Part shown: positions 1 to 7,399 of the stretch, piece by piece
Position numbering within the stretch: position 1 is the first letter of the stretch
How the letters are laid out: each line of letters opens with the position of its first letter
From: a virus
Length of the DNA: 64,000 bases
Direction: 5' to 3' (one strand)
Virus record (IMG/VR): IMGVR_UViG_3300021962_000068
Coordinates: 1-64,000 of that record
Position numbers and translations under genes: made by a program
The notes under the pieces: model-generated
Database searches by the model: none
What the model was told of the DNA's origin: nothing
What the model saw: only the letters and a program-made list of their open reading frames with translations

Positions 1-35
1 TAAACAAAAATTTAACTTGGTTGGCGCCAAAGTTG

Positions 36-77
36 AAAAAATTTTGACTTGTCACTAAGTTGGCCGTGTGATATAAT
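36..77 (+). promoter_or_regulatory. sigma70-type phage promoter (TTGTCA-N17-TATAAT) with upstream A/T tract
   Basis: -35 at 49-54, -10 at 72-77, preceded by AAAAAATTTTGAC; same architecture recurs across the window. Confidence 0.8.
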
Positions 78-102
78 TAGTGTACTATCTAGGAGTTTAT
101 TT

Positions 103-330
103 ATGAAAAGTGACCAAGAGTACATCAAGGAATTAGAAAGTATTATTAGTAAAATTATGCCTTATTATATTAAGTATTTTAATTTAACTGGTAAGCAAGT
201 TCCTGAGCTGCTCATACCAAAGCACATTAAACCAAATAAGCCCCTACCTGCTCTTTTATCTGGGGATTTTCGATGTTTACCTCAGACCGACGAAGGTCAA
301 GAAAAAATCAAACATCTTAAGCAAGTATAG
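103..330 (+). CDS. hypothetical protein
   Basis: ATG at 103 follows AGGAG RBS; the upstream TTG start in the ORF track lies inside the promoter. Confidence 0.7.
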   Translation: MKSDQEYIKELESIISKIMPYYIKYFNLTGKQVPELLIPKHIKPNKPLPALLSGDFRCLPQTDEGQEKIKHLKQV

Positions 331-333
331 AAA

Positions 334-436
334 CGGTGACTACAATCACGGTGGTAAAACTTTGCTGAATGTGTTATAAGTCCTGTTGTAGCAGGCTGCA
401 CTTTTAAAAAAGCTGTCCGGTGAAAGCCCGGACATT
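334..436 (+). ncRNA. candidate structured ncRNA (kissing hairpins plus T-loop hairpin)
   Basis: GTGA-CTACAA-TCAC and CCTG-TTGTAG-CAGG hairpins have complementary loops; ends with TGTCCGG-TGAAAGC-CCGGACA. Confidence 0.5.
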
Positions 437-469
437 TTATTATTGTTAACAATCATATTAATTAACCAA

Positions 470-856
470 ATGACACAAGATTACAAAAACACAGAAAACT
501 ATTACTATTTAGGCAAAGAAACACCAACATTTTCTGTTAACACAGAAGATATTGTAATTAGTTTAAGTAGTAAAGATACAGTTGATATAAACTTTGATAC
601 AATAACTATTACAGAAGATAAAGTTAATCACCCAAGTCATTATACCTCTCACCCTAGTGGTATTGAGTGTATACAAGTAACCCAACACTATAATTTTTGT
701 ATAGGTAATGCTATTAAATATTTATGGCGTGCTGGGTTAAAACAAGAAGCGGGTCAAGATTCGCACGCTAAACAAATAGAAGATTTAAAAAAAGCAATTT
801 GGTACATTAATAAGGAAATATCAAACTTAGAATCCGGAGTATATGAACAAAGTTGA
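470..856 (+). CDS. DUF3310-family protein
   Basis: VNHPSHY...IECI...FCIGNAIKYLWRAGLK...EDLKKAIWY motif. Confidence 0.85.
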   Translation: MTQDYKNTENYYYLGKETPTFSVNTEDIVISLSSKDTVDINFDTITITEDKVNHPSHYTSHPSGIECIQVTQHYNFCIGNAIKYLWRAGLKQEAGQDSHAKQIEDLKKAIWYINKEISNLESGVYEQS

Positions 857-1049
857 ACGTGCATTATTAAGGACACGCAAAACCATAAGGCAAGCTTGCA
901 AAGAGGTTAATGCTGATCCTGAAGATGTAGACATCTTAGATATTGATCAATGTAGTAGTTGCTCAATTTGGGCCAAACACTCAGAACTACGCGAAGATTT
1001 AGATGGAAATTATATCTGTCGTGTGTGCTGGGACGAGTATGGTCCATAA
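843..1049 (+). CDS. small zinc-finger-like hypothetical protein
   Basis: CSSC and CRVC pairs; overlaps upstream stop. Confidence 0.65.
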   Translation: MNKVERALLRTRKTIRQACKEVNADPEDVDILDIDQCSSCSIWAKHSELREDLDGNYICRVCWDEYGP

Positions 1050-1086
1050 ATTTTGACTTGAGTTTGCGGCACAAATAGGGTATAAT
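1048..1086 (+). promoter_or_regulatory. sigma70-type promoter (TTGAGT-N17-TATAAT) upstream of tRNA-Arg
   Basis: -35 1058-1063, -10 1081-1086. Confidence 0.8.
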
Positions 1087-1104
1087 ATTATTTGTGTCGC
1101 AACT

Positions 1105-1180
1105 CTCGCCATAGCTCAGGGGATAGAGCAACAGCCTTCTAAGCTGTGGGCCGCACGTTCGATTCGTGCTGGCGAGGCCA
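1105..1180 (+). tRNA. tRNA-Arg(UCU)
   Basis: Acceptor CTCGCCA/TGGCGAG, anticodon arm ACAGC-CTTCTAA-GCTGT, GTTCGATTC T arm, encoded CCA. Confidence 0.95.
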
Positions 1181-1195
1181 ACTCAAGGATATAAA

Positions 1196-1414
1196 ATGGC
1201 AGGCTATACTAAAGAATTCTTACTCGACGCTTACTTGTCTAGGTATATTGATCTAGAACCGTTTCGCGTTGATTTGTTGTACCGTTTAGCAGAAACACTT
1301 TATGATCGCGTAGGTCGCGACAAGTTTCGCGTTTATGCTAGCTTAGACGCCGAAGCCCTTCGTGTATACAAAGCCAAACTAAAACCAGCAAAAAATGTTC
1401 AATCAAAAAATTAA
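1196..1414 (+). CDS. hypothetical protein
   Basis: ATG at 1196 after AAGGA; the ORF-track start overlaps the tRNA. Confidence 0.7.
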   Translation: MAGYTKEFLLDAYLSRYIDLEPFRVDLLYRLAETLYDRVGRDKFRVYASLDAEALRVYKAKLKPAKNVQSKN

Positions 1415-2384
1415 ACGACTAGGCTTTGCCTGTAAAATTCAAGAATCACACGATAAACCTCTCAAAGACTTAAATACCAAGTCAACGACTATTACCTGGC
1501 TTAATAACCAAACCCAAGATAAAGCGCGTGAAAAACTGTGGGGATTGCTGGACCACAACCTAAACACACTTTATCGTCAGCTAAAGTGGGTAGCCAAACA
1601 GCCTCATGAGCACAGAATGTTTCGTATTAGTAGTGATCTTTTTCCTGCTTATACCTACGAAACTTATATGCCGTTCTATTTTCAACCAGATGTTGTTTCA
1701 AAAATAGAATCGCACCTACAAATGTGTGGTGACTTTGCTCGTGAACATGATATACGACTAAGTTTCCATCCAGGTCAGTTTTGTGTACTTGCTAGTGAAA
1801 ACCCACAAGTAGTAGATAACTCAATTATGGAGTTTGAGTATCATTGCGACATTATTCGCTATATGGGTTATGGTCGTGAATTTCAAGATTTTAAATGCAA
1901 TGTACACATCGGTGGTAAGCTAGGTCCACAGGGCATCAAAGATGTTTTGCCAAAACTTAGTCGCGAAGCTCGCAATACACTAACTATCGAGAATGCCGAG
2001 TTTACATGGGGTCTTGGTGCTAGTCTAGAGCTTGTAGACCACTGTGCACTAGTCTTAGACATTCATCATCACTGGATTAATACCGGAGAGTACATTGAGC
2101 CTAACGATCCTAGAATTCGTACTGTTATTGATAGTTGGCGCGGCATTAGGCCTACTATGCACTATAGTGTAAGTCGTGAAAACGTACTTGTAGACCATGA
2201 CCCGGATACTAAACCAGATTTGCAGGAACTTAAACAACTAGGCTTTACTAGTGCTAAGTTGCGTGCCCATAGTGATTACTACTGGAACAATGCGTGTAAT
2301 ACGTGGGCACTAAGTTTCCAAGACGACTTCGATATTATGTGTGAAGCCAAAGAAAAAAATCTAGCCAGAGATACAGTAAAATGA
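1395..2384 (+). CDS. uvsE: UV DNA damage endonuclease (UVDE/UvsE family)
   Basis: RLGFAC, FRISSDLFP, RLSFHPGQFCVL, LTIEN, LVLDIHHH, AHSDY and DIMCEAKEK motifs. Confidence 0.92.
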   Translation: MFNQKIKRLGFACKIQESHDKPLKDLNTKSTTITWLNNQTQDKAREKLWGLLDHNLNTLYRQLKWVAKQPHEHRMFRISSDLFPAYTYETYMPFYFQPDVVSKIESHLQMCGDFAREHDIRLSFHPGQFCVLASENPQVVDNSIMEFEYHCDIIRYMGYGREFQDFKCNVHIGGKLGPQGIKDVLPKLSREARNTLTIENAEFTWGLGASLELVDHCALVLDIHHHWINTGEYIEPNDPRIRTVIDSWRGIRPTMHYSVSRENVLVDHDPDTKPDLQELKQLGFTSAKLRAHSDYYWNNACNTWALSFQDDFDIMCEAKEKNLARDTVK

Positions 2385-2575
2385 AATCAAATATTGAGCG
2401 CATCCCTTTTGATCCTAGCAACCAAAAACACCGTGAAGCTTTTGAAGAGTTTATTCATAACAAACGGTGGATTATGCACTTTAAAATTGAATCCCCATGG
2501 CTTGAACTTCCTGCCATGATTAGTGAGAAACTACTATTATGGTACATGAAAGAGGAACGGGCAACAGCAGACTAG
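2381..2575 (+). CDS. hypothetical protein
   Basis: ATGA overlap with uvsE stop. Confidence 0.65.
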   Translation: MKSNIERIPFDPSNQKHREAFEEFIHNKRWIMHFKIESPWLELPAMISEKLLLWYMKEERATAD

Positions 2576-2745
2576 ACAGTTTTTTAGAATGCTGGGAGCT
2601 TTTATATGATATTGGACTACTAGGCAGTAAACCTAGTCTAGATCCTGAACTAAGTTTTAAATTACAGATGTTACACGAAATGTATGTTGAAAAATTTCGT
2701 GACCATTGGGCTTTGATAAATAAAGATGGAACCAGTAACGATTGA
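2539..2745 (+). CDS. hypothetical protein
   Basis: ORF in tightly packed operon. Confidence 0.5.
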   Translation: MVHERGTGNSRLDSFLECWELLYDIGLLGSKPSLDPELSFKLQMLHEMYVEKFRDHWALINKDGTSND

Positions 2746-2902
2746 ACAAGTTCAGCAAAAAATGATTGAACTATTTGGGGATCGAATAGTTAATCCCGAG
2801 CACTGGCCTCGTCAGTTTGAGTATCAGGTTAAATTAGCTCGTTGGATGCTTCAACCACATATTGAACCACCAACTGAAATTTCGACTTGCGCTGATAGCT
2901 AA
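2726..2902 (+). CDS. hypothetical 58-aa protein (MEPVTIEQVQQKMIELFGDRIVNPEHWPRQFEYQVKL...)
   Basis: Read by hand, below ORF-track cutoff; fills the gap before the next promoter. Confidence 0.65.
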   Translation: MEPVTIEQVQQKMIELFGDRIVNPEHWPRQFEYQVKLARWMLQPHIEPPTEISTCADS

Positions 2903-2915
2903 TATTTGATATAAT
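2876..2915 (+). promoter_or_regulatory. sigma70-type promoter (TTGCGC-N17-TATAAT)
   Basis: -35 2887-2892, -10 2910-2915. Confidence 0.75.
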
Positions 2916-2944
2916 ATTGTTTCTACTTTGATAAAGGAACCAGA

Positions 2945-3109
2945 ATGCGTTTTCAGATTCAACTAGGTAAAAATGCAACTTTTTCCACTAAACAGTTGGA
3001 TCAGCAATTAGTACCGCTGACACAGACCCAAATAGATAGATTTAAGTTTATGCTTGCACTTAGAGCGCAAGAAATGCGTGTAGATAATACTACACTCAGA
3101 ATTAAGTAA
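2945..3109 (+). CDS. hypothetical 54-aa protein
   Basis: AAAGGA RBS, ATG 2945, TAA 3107-3109. Confidence 0.6.
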   Translation: MRFQIQLGKNATFSTKQLDQQLVPLTQTQIDRFKFMLALRAQEMRVDNTTLRIK

Positions 3110-3115
3110 ATTTAT

Positions 3116-3217
3116 GCCAGGGTTGCTAATGTTGGCCTGAGGGCGAGCCTTATAAACTCGTAAAGCACCGTCTAGATAAGGCGTGTAACGTGGGTTCGAT
3201 TCCCACCCCTGGTACCA
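3116..3217 (+). tRNA. tRNA with UAU anticodon (Ile) and very long variable arm
   Basis: Acceptor GCCAGGG/CCCTGGT, A73, CCA; anticodon arm CGAGC-CTTATAA-ACTCG; ~29-nt variable region; T arm GTGGG-TTCGATT-CCCAC. Confidence 0.8.
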
Positions 3218-3223
3218 CATTCT

Positions 3224-3301
<78 letters not shown>

Positions 3302-3412
3302 ATTTCCCAGCTAGGAACAGTAGTCAGCCTGTCAGAGCCAGAGATCGGGAACACTTATTCTCATCGGGATGGGAAAGATGCTTAGGCAGCAGCCGGTGAA
3401 AGCCCGGCCCCA
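3302..3412 (+). ncRNA. candidate structured ncRNA directly downstream of tRNA(CAU)
   Basis: GC-rich intergenic stretch; TTTCCCA/TGGGAAA and GCCT/AGGC pairings; ends GCCGG-TGAAAGC-CCGGC-CCCA. Confidence 0.5.
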
Positions 3413-3426
3413 TTTAAGGAACTATT

Positions 3427-3582
3427 ATGCCTTGTTATAAATGTAATAATGGAAAGTGGAAGTACGGTAAGCGTGGCAACTGTCAGTTTGACACTCTAGA
3501 AGCCTGTCAAGCTGCTGAAGCCGCTATTCATGCTCGTGAAAACGAGAAAAAAGAGTCTAAAAAAGAACCTAAAAAGTCCTGA
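3427..3582 (+). CDS. small Cys-containing basic protein (MPCYKCNNGKWKYGKRGNC...)
   Basis: TAAGGA RBS; 51 aa, read by hand. Confidence 0.7.
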   Translation: MPCYKCNNGKWKYGKRGNCQFDTLEACQAAEAAIHARENEKKESKKEPKKS

Positions 3583-3619
3583 CTAGATCTCTTAGCCCAT
3601 TACGGTGGGCTAACAAATC

Positions 3620-3931
3620 ATGTCAACTAAAAAATACAACATTACTGCTATTATCTATGACCGCAAGGATAACATATTGAGTATTGGAAAAAACTCTTAT
3701 GTTAAAACTCATCCTTTGCAGGCTAAATATGCACATCTGTGTGGTGAACCTCAAAAAATATTTCTACACGCAGAAATTGATGCTATTGTTAAGTGCAGAA
3801 ACTTAGATAAAGCACATAAGATCGTAGTCTTTAGATACTATGAAGATGGAACACCAGCAATGGCTAAACCTTGCAAAGTTTGTCGCCAGGCTATTCGTAA
3901 AACCCCTATACAATATATTGAGCACACATAA
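3620..3931 (+). CDS. cytidine/dCMP deaminase-superfamily protein
   Basis: HAE (FLHAEIDA) and PCxxC (KPCKVC) zinc-deaminase motifs. Confidence 0.85.
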   Translation: MSTKKYNITAIIYDRKDNILSIGKNSYVKTHPLQAKYAHLCGEPQKIFLHAEIDAIVKCRNLDKAHKIVVFRYYEDGTPAMAKPCKVCRQAIRKTPIQYIEHT

Positions 3932-4068
3932 TGGCTAAACCTACGGGTAGAAAACAAGAACATAAAAGTGTAGTAAAACTTACTAGTCAGGGTGGCAAAC
4001 GACCTAAAACTAGTAAAATGTCTAAAACTGAAAAGCGTAGTTATAAAGCATACCGCGGACAAGGCTAA
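3931..4068 (+). CDS. small highly basic protein ending YRGQG
   Basis: 45 aa, TAATG coupling at both ends. Confidence 0.7.
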   Translation: MAKPTGRKQEHKSVVKLTSQGGKRPKTSKMSKTEKRSYKAYRGQG

Positions 4069-4301
4069 TGCTAACTCAGCAACAGCTAATAGAATTAGCA
4101 CTAGAAGTAGAAAGTCAAGATCCTATTGACTGGTCAGGACTATCAGTAACTTCAGAGCAGGTTTACAGTTTACTATCTCTTTCAGTCCTAGAATACTCAA
4201 AAACAATCGACCCTAAACTGTTGCCAGTTACGCTACTTGCTACTGTGCTAAAATTAACCGCAGAAAACTTTGTTTTAAATTTAAAACTCCTAGAAAAATA
4301 A
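4068..4301 (+). CDS. hypothetical protein
   Basis: Coupled ORF. Confidence 0.7.
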   Translation: MLTQQQLIELALEVESQDPIDWSGLSVTSEQVYSLLSLSVLEYSKTIDPKLLPVTLLATVLKLTAENFVLNLKLLEK

Positions 4302-4319
4302 ACCGGAACTACCAATAGT

Positions 4320-4363
4320 AAAAAATTTTTTATCTTGCACAAATTTATTTTATGTAGTATAAT
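4320..4363 (+). promoter_or_regulatory. sigma70-type promoter (TTGCAC-N17-TATAAT)
   Basis: -35 4335-4340, -10 4358-4363. Confidence 0.8.
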
Positions 4364-4384
4364 ATAAAATAATGTCGCAAGACC

Positions 4385-4411
4385 AAAGCGACCACCAAGG
4401 TCGCTTTTTTA
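4385..4411 (+). terminator. intrinsic terminator or attenuator hairpin
   Basis: AAAGCGACC-ACCAA-GGTCGCTTT followed by T tract. Confidence 0.7.
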
Positions 4412-4427
4412 TTTTAAGGCAGCAAAA

Positions 4428-4544
4428 ATGTACGCAATTAATTTTAATTTTGGGAATGTAGAAATAGAAAAACAAAAACTATTTTTATACTTTGACTTTA
4501 ACAATTACGGATTTTTAAATATTCAAACAGTAACAATGCTATGA
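4428..4544 (+). CDS. hypothetical 38-aa protein
   Basis: TAAGG RBS; ATGA overlap with next gene. Confidence 0.4.
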   Translation: MYAINFNFGNVEIEKQKLFLYFDFNNYGFLNIQTVTML

Positions 4545-4927
4545 ATTATAATAACAATATTTGGAACTGGCCCGTAGGACTATGGCCCTTTCCTACTCAA
4601 AAACCTACACAACAAACAACCACAATCACAGAACAAGCAAACCGCGCAGGCATTAGATTTATGCACTTACAAGGTTTGACTGCGGCATGTACAGTTGCTT
4701 ATCGCCCACTGTCAAAGAATAGTAATTCTCACGTTTTAGAATTAGCTGTAACTTATAAACATAAAAATGATCAGTATAACAGGAAAACAGGCGCAGAATT
4801 AGCTGCTCAACGTTTTCTTAATGGTAATACAATTATAATGCCTATTAGAGGCAGAGACAGTAAGGAAACTATGGCTAATATTACCAGAGTTTTCTTATTT
4901 ACTGTTGAGGATATTAGATATGAATAA
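4541..4927 (+). CDS. hypothetical protein
   Basis: ORF; the DQYNRKTGAELA stretch resembles a recurrent phage motif. Confidence 0.7.
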   Translation: MNYNNNIWNWPVGLWPFPTQKPTQQTTTITEQANRAGIRFMHLQGLTAACTVAYRPLSKNSNSHVLELAVTYKHKNDQYNRKTGAELAAQRFLNGNTIIMPIRGRDSKETMANITRVFLFTVEDIRYE

Positions 4928-5210
4928 AACTATTTATTTTGGAAAAGTTGATTCCACAGACAATGTTAAGGATACTTTTAGTTCTGGCGCAAACAACTAC
5001 TATTATGCACTAGAAAGTGATAATGACCAAATCTTAATTCAAGATACTTGTGGTAGAACACTGCCTGTAGATATTGAACACCTTGAAGAGCTAATTAAAG
5101 CACTTGATTATGTCAATAACTACAACAAAACACAAAAACTTGCTCAAAATTGGGTTGAAAACTCTATTAATAGGTTAAATAGACTATACGGGTTTAGTCT
5201 AGTAAAATAA
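4920..5210 (+). CDS. hypothetical protein
   Basis: ATG at 4920 after GAGG. Confidence 0.7.
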   Translation: MNKTIYFGKVDSTDNVKDTFSSGANNYYYALESDNDQILIQDTCGRTLPVDIEHLEELIKALDYVNNYNKTQKLAQNWVENSINRLNRLYGFSLVK

Positions 5211-5211
5211 A

Positions 5212-5889
5212 ATGCAACACGTAAAACTAGTAGCTGTTACAAAACCCACTATACCCGAAATCACAACTGCAGAAGAATTTGTAGCTTATGTAGCCCGAGT
5301 TAGTAATCCTAGCAATCAATTAAATACAGAGACTAGTTCAAAACTAATCCGATATCTAATTAAAAACAAGCACTGGTCACCTTTTGAGATGGTAAGTGTT
5401 TGTATGGAAATCACTACTACCAGAGATATTGCTCGTCAGATACTTAGACACCGTAGCTTTTCATTTCAAGAGTTTTCACAGCGATACGCCGATCCTACTC
5501 AGTCACTAGAGTTTGTTACTCGAGAACCAAGACTGCAAGATACAAAAAATAGGCAAAACTCACTGCCAGTAGATTTACTTAACGATAAGCACAGAATACT
5601 AAGCTATCAGTGGGAGCAGTTTCAAAACAATTTAACAAAAACAGTTTTAGAAACTTATAAGTGGGCACTAGAAAACAATATTGCCAAAGAGCAAGCAAGA
5701 GCTATATTGCCAGAAGGTTTAATTGAAAGTCGTCTTTATATGAGTGGTTCTCTTAGAAGCTGGTTACACTATATACAAGTAAGAACAGATATAAGCACTC
5801 AAAAAGAACATAGAATTATTGCTGACCTTTGCAAAAGTGAAATAAGCAAAGAGTTTCCATCAATTCAAGAAGCATTGGATTCTTTATGA
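5212..5889 (+). CDS. thyX: flavin-dependent thymidylate synthase
   Basis: HWSPFE and RHRSFSFQEFSQRY signature; KEQARAILP. Confidence 0.95.
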   Translation: MQHVKLVAVTKPTIPEITTAEEFVAYVARVSNPSNQLNTETSSKLIRYLIKNKHWSPFEMVSVCMEITTTRDIARQILRHRSFSFQEFSQRYADPTQSLEFVTREPRLQDTKNRQNSLPVDLLNDKHRILSYQWEQFQNNLTKTVLETYKWALENNIAKEQARAILPEGLIESRLYMSGSLRSWLHYIQVRTDISTQKEHRIIADLCKSEISKEFPSIQEALDSL

Positions 5890-6155
5890 AGTTAACCTAC
5901 ACAGAAGAATTTCCAGAAAATATCTTAGAACCTATCTTAAAACTAGTACCAAAAACACCAAGTTTCTTAACAGTAGAATTTATTGATAGACTACGAGAAA
6001 TGCTGGTTGAGGTGGGTATAGTATGCGAAGATCGTGACGAAATCATTTTATGTTTAAATTTGTTTGAAGATTTAGACTTGATTCAGCTACAAGAAGTTCA
6101 AGAAGATAACTACGTAACTTACAAAATTCATAGGAAGTATTTAGATGAGCAGTAA
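5886..6155 (+). CDS. hypothetical protein
   Basis: ATGA overlap with thyX. Confidence 0.7.
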   Translation: MKLTYTEEFPENILEPILKLVPKTPSFLTVEFIDRLREMLVEVGIVCEDRDEIILCLNLFEDLDLIQLQEVQEDNYVTYKIHRKYLDEQ

Positions 6156-6276
6156 AAAACCAAAAACAAAAGAAGAAACTAAAAAAGACAAGAAACCCGT
6201 AAAATCAGATTTTGACTTTTTTAAACTAAAAGCCAGAGCGCACGATGGTAAAGGCAATCTGGTATGGCGGGACTAA
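6145..6276 (+). CDS. small Lys-rich protein (43 aa)
   Basis: Read by hand; bridges the neighbouring ORFs. Confidence 0.55.
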   Translation: MSSKKPKTKEETKKDKKPVKSDFDFFKLKARAHDGKGNLVWRD

Positions 6277-6530
6277 TTGAATACTACTTATTATTTTGTT
6301 TGACAACAACTATAGTGTTCTTAGGAACAGTTATTGTTCCCATAGTTAACAACCTATCAGAAATATACCCTAAACCAAAAGTTTTAAAACAAGGTAGTAA
6401 AACATTTCTAAAAATAATCTTAAGCGTGCTTATCTTTATCTTAGCACCAGTAATGTTTATTATCTACTTATTTCCAGGGTATTTAGAAAGATTCACTCAC
6501 AGAATCTTTGAAGAACTAAAGAAAGAATAA
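6264..6530 (+). CDS. membrane protein (2 predicted TM helices)
   Basis: Two hydrophobic stretches. Confidence 0.7.
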   Translation: MAGLIEYYLLFCLTTTIVFLGTVIVPIVNNLSEIYPKPKVLKQGSKTFLKIILSVLIFILAPVMFIIYLFPGYLERFTHRIFEELKKE

Positions 6531-6569
6531 AAATTTAAACTTGAAAACTTATTGAAATTATTATATAAT
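6529..6569 (+). promoter_or_regulatory. sigma70-type promoter (TTGAAA-N17-TATAAT)
   Basis: -35 6541-6546, -10 6564-6569. Confidence 0.75.
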
Positions 6570-6593
6570 ATTTCTTTAATCGACGAGAAAACC

Positions 6594-6866
6594 ATGAAAA
6601 TCGTTACATTTGACTATACTGATCTTAAAGGCAATTCAAGCTATCGTGAACTAGCAGTAGAACTAGAACCCACTGACAAGTTTTGTGGGTACGATATCGG
6701 CGAACTTGATGATGAACAAGTTGCACACTTTGTTAACGAGTATGATGAGTTACGAGAAGTATTTAGACAAAATGTTTTTAATTTAGCCAATAAATATGAA
6801 CTAAAATATAAGTATCGTACTTTCTTTGAGAAAAGTATGGCTAATCTTATTATTGAGGATATTTAA
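6594..6866 (+). CDS. hypothetical protein, possibly WYL/Sm-like fold
   Basis: N-terminal VTFDYTDLKGNSSYREL resembles the start of WYL domains; ATG at 6594. Confidence 0.55.
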   Translation: MKIVTFDYTDLKGNSSYRELAVELEPTDKFCGYDIGELDDEQVAHFVNEYDELREVFRQNVFNLANKYELKYKYRTFFEKSMANLIIEDI

Positions 6867-6919
6867 GCGGTTCTACAGCGCACCTGTAGTAAAACACACA
6901 CAGCACAAAGGAAAAACAA

Positions 6920-7159
6920 ATGACAAAAAGCGCTTATGAGTTGCGGATGGAAATGCTTGAAATGAGCAAGAGCTATCTTGAAACTCAATATCAAACAAAC
7001 GTAGAATTTGCCAAAACTGTATTTGACACCGCTATTAAAGCAGGTCAAGCTAACGTACAAGAATGGCAAAAGTATGCTCCTAAAATGTATGACTTTAGCG
7101 ATGTAGTTAAAAAAGCTGAAGAACTTTATGGTTTTGTTAATCAAAAGGACAAATCATGA
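6920..7159 (+). CDS. phage hypothetical protein (AYELRMEML...VVKKAEELYGFV)
   Basis: AAAGGA RBS; motif resembles small proteins of aquatic phages (recalled). Confidence 0.75.
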   Translation: MTKSAYELRMEMLEMSKSYLETQYQTNVEFAKTVFDTAIKAGQANVQEWQKYAPKMYDFSDVVKKAEELYGFVNQKDKS

Positions 7160-7329
7160 AAAAGTTTTTTAGCGTAATCAAAAGATTCTTTAACTGGTTG
7201 ATTAGGTCAATTGAAATTAGTCATCAGTCTAGAGTAGAACATTATATTAGAATGATGCAACCACGTAATGCTGCTGAAGCAGATTTTTATCTGCAACAGT
7301 TTATGCGTAGATCGGTGTCGCAGCGTTAA
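7156..7329 (+). CDS. hypothetical 57-aa protein
   Basis: AAGGA RBS, ATGA overlap; read by hand. Confidence 0.65.
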   Translation: MKKFFSVIKRFFNWLIRSIEISHQSRVEHYIRMMQPRNAAEADFYLQQFMRRSVSQR

Positions 7330-7399
7330 TCTGTGAGTCGGGGAGAGGCCTCTGCTGTGCCTCTCAAAGGTTGCTGGCGAGGCTGGTGGCGGCAGCTAT

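Noticed and set aside
404-445. Twister ribozyme resemblance (TAA-AAAA-GC...CCGG-T..AAGC-CCGG...TTTT)
   Set aside because: The loop is one base shorter than the twister L4 and the conserved GAG with its second pseudoknot strand is absent after the stem.
3054-3088. Dedicated promoter for the tRNA pair
   Set aside because: TTGCAC is not at 17-bp spacing from GATAAT and the alternative -35 (TTAGAG) is poor; the promoter at 2887 suffices.
3302-3412. tRNA-associated HDV-like (theta) or hammerhead ribozyme
   Set aside because: No G-initiated P1 directly after the tRNA, no HDV-like core recognised and no CUGANGA core.
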